In this document: positions 54,393 through 61,532 of the stretch, piece after piece
Layout: each line of letters opens with the position of its first letter
Position numbering within the stretch: the stretch's first letter is position 1
IMG/VR virus record: IMGVR_UViG_3300045988_173816
Coordinates: 160,001-224,000 of that record
DNA from: a virus
DNA length: 64,000 nt
Strand: one strand, 5' to 3'
Translations under genes and position numbers: made by a program
Notes under the pieces: model-generated
Seen by the model: only the letters and a program-made list of their open reading frames with translations
Database searches by the model: none
What the model was told of the DNA's origin: nothing

Positions 54393-54510
54393 AATACCTC
54401 TCAGAAGTCTCAAATTGCCCCAGATTCTATTTTAAATTGTAAGTGGTAAATTTCTACGTTATTAACTTAAACTTGAACAGAGAGCAAATTAGAGCTTTAA
54501 AATAAGATTG

Positions 54511-54545
54511 CCAAGTAAACGAAAAGTTTGCTTGGTTTTATTATT
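54511..54545 (+). terminator. intrinsic terminator
   Basis: CCAAGTAAAC-GAAAA-GTTTGCTTGG (one mismatch) followed by TTTTATTATTTT. Confidence 0.75.
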
Positions 54546-54560
54546 TTAGTAAATGGTTTC

Positions 54561-54589
54561 TTGCGTAAATTTAAAAAATGTTGTAAAAT
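54561..54589 (+). promoter_or_regulatory. sigma-A-type promoter
   Basis: TTGCGT, 17 nt, TAAAAT. Confidence 0.5.
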
Positions 54590-54629
54590 AAAACTAATAA
54601 TTAAATTTGAGATTTTAGGAAGTGAAACT

Positions 54630-54857
54630 ATGTTAAAAGATTCTCGAACAGGTTGGATTGCAGACCTTGTAGTAGGTAGTAAAGTGGGTGTTTCTCATAA
54701 AGGTAGTCTTTATGAGGGTACTGTTTCTTTAATTACTGCTTTAGGGGTGTTGTTGGTTCGATGTGAGAATAATTTAAAATTTAAGATTATGTCGGATGGT
54801 TACAGTTCCACTAAAGAATCGGAGATTTTACCGTATGAAGATTTGGAGAAAAGCTAA
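54630..54857 (+). CDS. small hypothetical protein (75 aa)
   Basis: ATG 54630 lies downstream of the promoter. The track start at 54528 would span the terminator and promoter. Confidence 0.65.
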   Translation: MLKDSRTGWIADLVVGSKVGVSHKGSLYEGTVSLITALGVLLVRCENNLKFKIMSDGYSSTKESEILPYEDLEKS

Positions 54858-55407
54858 AGTATTTGGTGGGGTGTTATTATCAGCTTCGATTATCGGAACA
54901 GGGGTATCCACTTATTTGTTGAAAACTTCTGAGGGTGAAAACCAAGTGATTTCTTTGAGTCGAGTTCAATCCGTACTAACGGGTGAAAAAAGTAAAGGTC
55001 AAATTCAGTATGAAAATGCTTGGTCTGAGCAGATAGAGTTGGAGTCTAAGGTAAAACCTTATGAAAACTATCTGATAAATTGGCTCTCTACTTATGTTGG
55101 TCGTAAAGGTTTTCAAGGTCAAAACACAGGAAGTTTAAAATTTGGTGATTTAGAGAACAAAGGTTCTTATACCAATATGGAGGATTTAGTTGCTTTATAT
55201 CCTAATTTGAGTGGTGTTATTGAAAGAGTTGATATTCAATATAGCTATGACTCAGTAAGTAAGCAGTTAGTTCAAAAGATTTCTTTGTATAAAAGGGGTG
55301 TAGAGGGGTATCGCCAAGCCACTGTCATTTATGACTCAGTGGGTTCTGTGGTTGATTATACACTAGGTAGTTTTGTAAAAGTAGGTGGTTCTAATGAAAA
55401 AGATTAA
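54835..55407 (+). CDS. bitopic membrane protein
   Basis: ATG 54835 (MKIWRKAKVFGGVLLSASIIGTG..), 10 nt after GGAG. Overlaps the previous ORF by 23 nt. Confidence 0.7.
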   Translation: MKIWRKAKVFGGVLLSASIIGTGVSTYLLKTSEGENQVISLSRVQSVLTGEKSKGQIQYENAWSEQIELESKVKPYENYLINWLSTYVGRKGFQGQNTGSLKFGDLENKGSYTNMEDLVALYPNLSGVIERVDIQYSYDSVSKQLVQKISLYKRGVEGYRQATVIYDSVGSVVDYTLGSFVKVGGSNEKD

Positions 55408-56032
55408 AGCGAAGGTGCTTTTGTGGTTTTTACACCTACTTGATTTAAGATTATCAAATAAAGCGAAAAGGATTTTAGGTTTTGGGTCTCTAATTATTGT
55501 ATTTCTTGGGTTTATATTTTTCGTAGTTTCAAACACTTTGCAGTCTCATAGTGAAGGTGAGAGATTAAAAAGGGAGAGTCGAGTTACTAAAGCAACTAAA
55601 GAGGTTGTTTCAGATTATGCAGAGGAAACATTTGCGACTAATCATTTGAGTTTAAGTGCTACTCAATGGGAGATTAAGGAGTCAAATTTCGATTATTCTT
55701 TAGCTAAGACTTATATGACTTATTTAGCTTCTGTGGAAGATAGTAAGAGTGCAGAAAGAGCTTATTCTGCTTTACCTTGGGTATCCTCAGAGGTGAGTGA
55801 GCCTTTATTACATTGGTCTAATGAAACACCAAGTACAGTAACTAGGTTATTGTCTTTAAGAACTTTATCGAGAGTTTACACTTTTAAAGAGTTTGATAAA
55901 TGGTTTGGTTTATTTGATGTCTCTTCTACAAACACAGTAGGTACTGAAGTGCGTTCGTTGGTTTCTGTTGAAATGGTCGTAAAAGGTGGGAAAGTGTCAT
56001 ATTGGAAGATTGAAGAAGGGGGATTCAGATAA
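55394..56032 (+). CDS. bitopic membrane protein (VirB8/TcpC-like by architecture only)
   Basis: ATG 55394 follows AGGTGG. One TM (ILGFGSLIIVFLGFIFFVV) plus an external domain of about 160 aa. Confidence 0.7.
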   Translation: MKKIKAKVLLWFLHLLDLRLSNKAKRILGFGSLIIVFLGFIFFVVSNTLQSHSEGERLKRESRVTKATKEVVSDYAEETFATNHLSLSATQWEIKESNFDYSLAKTYMTYLASVEDSKSAERAYSALPWVSSEVSEPLLHWSNETPSTVTRLLSLRTLSRVYTFKEFDKWFGLFDVSSTNTVGTEVRSLVSVEMVVKGGKVSYWKIEEGGFR

Positions 56033-57258
56033 TGTCTGATTCAAATTCAAATTCTAAAAGGAATTATTCGGATGGTTATTGGTTGGTAAAGCCTCAATTG
56101 GGGAAATTAACGGTAACAAACTTAGTAAACTTTGCAGAAGCAGAAGGGGCGTATGGAGTAGCTTCAAAGGGTATCCTCAGACTCGGTAAGTCTGCTATGT
56201 TCTTTGGAGTTTATATTGTTCTTTGTTTATTATTATCTTTGATTGTTAAGAATTGGTTTGTTAGTTTGTGTATTTGGGTTCTATTTTTCCCATTGCCTTT
56301 TAGACTGATTTCTCTTTTTGTTTTTGATGAGCGAAGAGTTCGTAAAGAGTTTAAATTGCGTGAAGAACTAAAATCTAAAACAGATACTTCTTTATACTCA
56401 ACTTTCTTTGGTATTTATGACATAGATAATAACTTTCCTTATGTAACCTATATGTTGGATGGAAGTTTGGGTATTTTCCTTCGTTGTGTGCGTAAGACGC
56501 AGGTAGGAAATATTCAAGAGAAAGCTTTTAATCACAGTCAAGGTTTGGCTGATTTTTATAATCGTTGTGCTCAGTTGGGAATTAAACCTGAGTTGATTGA
56601 TATTCAAGCTTCAAACTCTTATGATGAGCGTTTTGACGATTTGTACAATCACTTAAATGAGGTTTCTTCTCCTACGATGCAGAAGATTTTAGCTTCCATG
56701 TACCATCATTGGGAAGATAATGCCAATAATTCTCAGTTGACTTATGAGTATTTTTTGGTTCGTGGGGTGGGTGACCCAACTGTCTTTTGGGACAGAGTTA
56801 CAAACTTGATGTCAGCTCTTATGGGTGCCAGTTATAAACGTATTCAAGTATTGAACCAAGATCAAATTGCAACATTGATTAGTGATTTATACGGTTTAGA
56901 AGAATTTCCAATTACAGATGCGATGGATCAAGCAGTTAAAAAATCTGATGCTTCTAGTTTGCGTTTGCTTTGGGTAGGTGACGCACAAAACCGTAAGAAA
57001 CAAGTAAATCGTTCTATGTATGATAATAGACAACAAAAGGTTCAAACAACTGAGTCTAGGGCATCAGGTAAAACAAATAAACAAAAATCAGAGAAACAAA
57101 GTAGTTCTGAGGTATTAGATTTGTTTGCAGATTCACCTAGAGGTGTAGCTTCTGGAATGACTGGTTTGTTAGAACCTTCAAAAGAAGATAAGCAAAAGGT
57201 ATCTTCAAATCGCAGTGGTTCTTTAAACGGTTCAGATGAGTTAGATTTGTTTAGTTAA
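56032..57258 (+). CDS. T4SS inner-membrane protein
   Basis: ATAATG overlap with the previous stop. TM hairpin (FFGVYIVLCLLLSLIV..FVSLCIWVLFFPLPF) plus a cytoplasmic domain of about 300 aa. Confidence 0.8.
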   Translation: MSDSNSNSKRNYSDGYWLVKPQLGKLTVTNLVNFAEAEGAYGVASKGILRLGKSAMFFGVYIVLCLLLSLIVKNWFVSLCIWVLFFPLPFRLISLFVFDERRVRKEFKLREELKSKTDTSLYSTFFGIYDIDNNFPYVTYMLDGSLGIFLRCVRKTQVGNIQEKAFNHSQGLADFYNRCAQLGIKPELIDIQASNSYDERFDDLYNHLNEVSSPTMQKILASMYHHWEDNANNSQLTYEYFLVRGVGDPTVFWDRVTNLMSALMGASYKRIQVLNQDQIATLISDLYGLEEFPITDAMDQAVKKSDASSLRLLWVGDAQNRKKQVNRSMYDNRQQKVQTTESRASGKTNKQKSEKQSSSEVLDLFADSPRGVASGMTGLLEPSKEDKQKVSSNRSGSLNGSDELDLFS

Positions 57259-57273
57259 GATAGGTGGTTTTAG

Positions 57274-57924
57274 ATGATTGGTTTGATTTTTGGTTCAAGT
57301 AGTGAGAGTTTAGTAAAAACTTTAAATGAGTCTCATGGTTTGAAAGATATTGAGGGTTTTAATTCGATTGGTTCATTTTTAAGTGCTGCTAATCGAAAAG
57401 CTCTTCGTTGTGAACGGTTGGTGATTAACTGTGTAGCAGTAGGTTCCCCTCAAGAATTTCGAAATTTGCGTAATTATTTGTTGAATCATTTAAGGACAAC
57501 AGAAGTTGTTTTATTTGGTCGCTATTTTGAACCTATGGATTTAGAGGTTGTAGATTCCTTTTATGCTGAGTTTTCAGAACCTATTTATACAGATTACTTA
57601 TTACAAGCAGACGAACAAGCGAATGTAGACTTAGTAGCAAATACCTTATGTAAAGGTTCTTTAGATGATATCCGTTTGAATCATTCAAGTCGCAAAGGTA
57701 AGAAAGCAGTTGTTCGGTATGGTTCAGAACCTACAAGCTCTAAACAAAAGGTAGACATGGGGTTCACTCCACCTAAACCGATAACTGCAAATGGTGGAGT
57801 AGTTAAAACTTTTAGTTTTGGTGGGCGATTCTTTGGAAAGAATAAGTTAACTAAAGCAGAACTCCAAAGGGTATCTTTACTAGAAAGGGAAGCTTCTGTA
57901 GTGTTGCAGTTGCTAAACGGTTGA
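57274..57924 (+). CDS. hypothetical protein
   Basis: 216 aa with TAGGTGGT RBS. Confidence 0.8.
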   Translation: MIGLIFGSSSESLVKTLNESHGLKDIEGFNSIGSFLSAANRKALRCERLVINCVAVGSPQEFRNLRNYLLNHLRTTEVVLFGRYFEPMDLEVVDSFYAEFSEPIYTDYLLQADEQANVDLVANTLCKGSLDDIRLNHSSRKGKKAVVRYGSEPTSSKQKVDMGFTPPKPITANGGVVKTFSFGGRFFGKNKLTKAELQRVSLLEREASVVLQLLNG

Positions 57925-57930
57925 TAAAGA

Positions 57931-59142
57931 GTGGATTATATTTTAACGACAAAACCTGTGAAATATTCAGGTTATGAAGTTGTTTCGAGCATTTCAGACA
58001 TAGGTCGTTTAACCATGAAGTCTGTATTGATTGTTGAGTCTTATACAGATAGGGATTTTGATTTTGCAGTATTTCTGTTAAATGCTTTAAGAGACACATC
58101 ATTAACTAAGTTGGCTTACATATCGGAGAACCCCAGTCGTATCCTTTTAGAGATTATGCGAACAGTTGGTGCTTTTGTAACTCAAGACAGTAGTTTAATT
58201 GATACAACTGAGCAATTTTCTGAGTTATTGGAATATTTGATGACGAATAAGGTTTCAACTTATTCTGAGGAGTTGGATGATTTAGCAGATAGTTTCACCA
58301 CACAAGATACTTATATTCGGGAGAAATTAGAGAGTGAGCCTAAGATTGTACAGCGTAAAATTTTGATGGCTCATGAGAAAGTAAGTGATGCCTTACAGAA
58401 CGTTGTTTTTTCTGAGGATTTGAATAGAGAGTTACAAAGTTTTTTACTAACGGCTTCAAGTAAGATTAAGGTTGGAGAAGAAGAGTTAGAAAAGAAAGAG
58501 AAAGAGTTAGACTCTGTTAGAAACTCTGGTTTTGGTGGGTTTGGTTCGATTAACGCTTATACTCAGTTTAGTTACACAGGTAACTCTAAAGTCTTGATTA
58601 TTAAAGAAGAGTCTCCAACTCGTTATCTCACTTCGTTTTTGGTTAGTTATATTGATTGGCTCACTAGAGTGCCAGAGTTGAATGCAAAGCTTTTAATTAT
58701 TGATAAGGATAGTGACTTTATTGATACTCGGTATAAGTCTTTGAAGAAGGCAGACTCTCAAACAATTGTAAGTAACTCTTCTACCTTGTATTTGGTTCCA
58801 GTCATTTATACAACAACACCTACTCAGAGTGTGATGAGTAATTTAATGTCACCAGTAACTGATTTATATGTCATTTTAGATAGAACCTACAAAAGAACTT
58901 TACCGGTATCTGGTCGTGGAATTTCTACCGTTTATAGTTTATCGAGCAGACGGCTGATGCGAGAGTTAGGTTTAAACTCTGAAGATGTAATTGTAAATGA
59001 TTTAGGGGAGCAGACTCAGTTGGGTGTATTAGCTCAGATTGAAGGTTACGCTATTGATGAGGGTTCTCGAATTTTGCAACAACAAAGTGCTTTTGAACCA
59101 ATTATGAAGCGTTTAACTGTTAAAGCAGGTTTTAACATTTAG
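57931..59142 (+). CDS. hypothetical protein
   Basis: 403 aa from GTG 57931, which has a poor RBS. An alternative ATG at 58015 follows TAGGTCG. Confidence 0.7.
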   Translation: MDYILTTKPVKYSGYEVVSSISDIGRLTMKSVLIVESYTDRDFDFAVFLLNALRDTSLTKLAYISENPSRILLEIMRTVGAFVTQDSSLIDTTEQFSELLEYLMTNKVSTYSEELDDLADSFTTQDTYIREKLESEPKIVQRKILMAHEKVSDALQNVVFSEDLNRELQSFLLTASSKIKVGEEELEKKEKELDSVRNSGFGGFGSINAYTQFSYTGNSKVLIIKEESPTRYLTSFLVSYIDWLTRVPELNAKLLIIDKDSDFIDTRYKSLKKADSQTIVSNSSTLYLVPVIYTTTPTQSVMSNLMSPVTDLYVILDRTYKRTLPVSGRGISTVYSLSSRRLMRELGLNSEDVIVNDLGEQTQLGVLAQIEGYAIDEGSRILQQQSAFEPIMKRLTVKAGFNI

Positions 59143-59156
59143 GTGAGGGTTAGGTT

Positions 59157-61337
59157 ATGTTTACAAAAAAAGATAAAAAGGTGACGAACCTTTCCCAAAG
59201 TTCGTTAGAAAGTCAGAAGACAAAAGAAAATCAAGAAAAACGTAAGGGTTTTCTTGATAAGTACATTGATTTGATTAAGATGTGGGACTCGGTCTACGAC
59301 GAGTACCGTTCTCGTTACAATCCAGAGCGAGCTTTAGCTTCAAATAGGCGCTTGTACATGGACTCTAACTTCACTTATAGTAAGACTCAAAATGTAACTG
59401 CTTATTATGTCATTGAGGAGTTACCTCCAGAGTTTGAGTTGGGGTATCGAGCTTCACTGCGTTCGATTGTACCAGAAGGTATTTCCATGAACTTCATTGA
59501 AGATAATGAGCCTTATGAAATTAACTGGGACGACCCTAAAGTAAAAACTCGTTTGTCGGTACTGGATGAAGTAAGTGTGAAGAACCAAGAAGAGTCTAGT
59601 AAGGGTTCTAGGTTTACTCAACATAAGTATGTAAAAACAGCTCAAAAAGATGAGCGTTTATCGATTTCTGTGGAATATGCTAATGATGCGACTTTGAGTG
59701 ACCAAGATAAGCGTTACTTATACAAGGTTCGTATTATGGTTATTATCACAGGTCGAAGAGGTCCAGAGTTTACAGATGTGTTGAAAGACTTTGAGCACAT
59801 GTGTGACCAACGAACTGGGTTTAGAGTTCGTAGGGTAACTGGCACTATTGCAGATACTATGGGGGATTTCTCACCTTTTAACTCAGAAATGTCTAAGGAG
59901 AGTAAACGTAAAATTCGCTCTACTTTCACTTCTGATGAGTTAAGAGCACAGTGGCACCCATTTGAGCAGGGTATCGTTGGTTTTGGTACGACTTACTTAG
60001 GTACAAATATTGAAACTCACTCTCCAGTTTTCCACCAATTTAAACGTGACGTTACAGATGCTGAGATTGTAATTGTAATTGGTATGTCTGGGTCTGGTAA
60101 GTCGTTTGAAATGAAGATGTTAGCTACACAGTTTGCAGCTAATGATAATATGATTATGACTATCAATGACTATGAAGGTGGAGAATACAAAGGTCTAGGT
60201 CAATTGCTTGCTGAAGATTTCCAAGTTGTTTCGTTGGATTTGGGAATGGGTTCAGGTCGTTACCTCGACCCAGTTCCGATTGTTCCAACTGGTGATGAAG
60301 AAATGGACAATACCTTGTTTACTCGTTCTCGTAAGAATATTATTGACTTGTTCAGAGCAGTAGCTGGTTTGGAAACCTTGAAGAAGTACGCTTGGATTCC
60401 TTTAATTATTGAGCGTGGGGTTGACTTGTTTTATAGTAACTATGGGGTATCGATTGACCCTCAAACGTGGCACGCGCTAGAGGGTTGCTCTATTTATACA
60501 GTATATGAGTATTTGAAAAAATATCGTCCGAATTTAGATGATGTTTTAAACTCTATTACTGAGGAAGATAAAAATATTTTAAGTGAAGAAGATATTAAAG
60601 AGTTGTACAAAGACGCTTTAAAAGACTTTCAAAAAGACTATCTTTATTTCTTGGAAACCTTTGGTTCTTATTTTGAAAAAAGTAAGAAGTTGAACAACTA
60701 CTTTAAATATCCGATTTACTTAAAGGATATTATTGATGCAAAATTAGTTATTTGTGACTATAACATGCGTGGGGTTCCAGAAAGTCAGTTGTCTGAATTG
60801 GATGCTATTCTTATTCCTATGAATGCAGCAACTGTAGCTTATTACCGTACTGTGTATCCTTTCTCACGTGGTCTTTACAATGTGAAGATTTGGGAGGAGT
60901 TGCAACGTTTCAGCTCTCTTCCAAATGCAGTAGAGATTTTGAAAACTCCAATCACAGGGGGTCGTAAAGCAGGTGATATTAACATTGTTGCTTCCAATGA
61001 TCCAGTTAAATTGGTTGAAAAAGATGAGTTCTCCTTGTTTGCTAACTACACATTAGCAATGGTTGGTAAGATTAAGTCCCCAGTTTATCAAGAGATTGTA
61101 TGCAAGGCTCTCGGTATCACTGATTTAGCTGATGAATTAGCCGAGATTGGTTCTGTTATCGAAGAGGATGAGGGTTTGACTGCGGGTTATGATGAGGTTC
61201 ATGCAGAACCTTATAAGAAAGCCTTTGTTTTGAAATTGAACTCTGGGGAATCTTCAGTTGTAAAAGCAGACTTACCTCGTGCTTTAAGTGATACTCCACT
61301 CTTCAAGACCGGTGTGATTGCGCAAGACAAACAGTAA
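59157..61337 (+). CDS. VirB4/PrgJ-like T4SS ATPase
   Basis: 726 aa. Walker A VIGMSGSGKSFEMK. Its size and its position next to the coupling protein are typical of Gram-positive VirB4 homologues. Confidence 0.8.
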   Translation: MFTKKDKKVTNLSQSSLESQKTKENQEKRKGFLDKYIDLIKMWDSVYDEYRSRYNPERALASNRRLYMDSNFTYSKTQNVTAYYVIEELPPEFELGYRASLRSIVPEGISMNFIEDNEPYEINWDDPKVKTRLSVLDEVSVKNQEESSKGSRFTQHKYVKTAQKDERLSISVEYANDATLSDQDKRYLYKVRIMVIITGRRGPEFTDVLKDFEHMCDQRTGFRVRRVTGTIADTMGDFSPFNSEMSKESKRKIRSTFTSDELRAQWHPFEQGIVGFGTTYLGTNIETHSPVFHQFKRDVTDAEIVIVIGMSGSGKSFEMKMLATQFAANDNMIMTINDYEGGEYKGLGQLLAEDFQVVSLDLGMGSGRYLDPVPIVPTGDEEMDNTLFTRSRKNIIDLFRAVAGLETLKKYAWIPLIIERGVDLFYSNYGVSIDPQTWHALEGCSIYTVYEYLKKYRPNLDDVLNSITEEDKNILSEEDIKELYKDALKDFQKDYLYFLETFGSYFEKSKKLNNYFKYPIYLKDIIDAKLVICDYNMRGVPESQLSELDAILIPMNAATVAYYRTVYPFSRGLYNVKIWEELQRFSSLPNAVEILKTPITGGRKAGDINIVASNDPVKLVEKDEFSLFANYTLAMVGKIKSPVYQEIVCKALGITDLADELAEIGSVIEEDEGLTAGYDEVHAEPYKKAFVLKLNSGESSVVKADLPRALSDTPLFKTGVIAQDKQ

Positions 61338-61358
61338 GATAGTTTAGGTGATTTGAAC

Positions 61359-61532
61359 ATGATATTATTAAGTTTAGTGCTTTTTCTAGGAGGTATCCTT
61401 TGGGGAGTTTCAAACTCTATAACCTCTGAGAAGTTAAAAGAAGAGGTTAAGAAGAGTCGTTTCCTCGTAATTGGGGTAGGTGTGGTCTATGTTTTAGTAG
61501 TCCTTGCAACAACGTTAGAAGGGAAACACTAA
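61359..61532 (+). CDS. small 2-TM membrane protein (57 aa)
   Basis: Not in the track. TAGGTGA RBS. MILLSLVLFLGGILWGV...FLVIGVGVVYVLVVLATTLEGKH. TAATG overlap with the next gene. Confidence 0.6.
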   Translation: MILLSLVLFLGGILWGVSNSITSEKLKEEVKKSRFLVIGVGVVYVLVVLATTLEGKH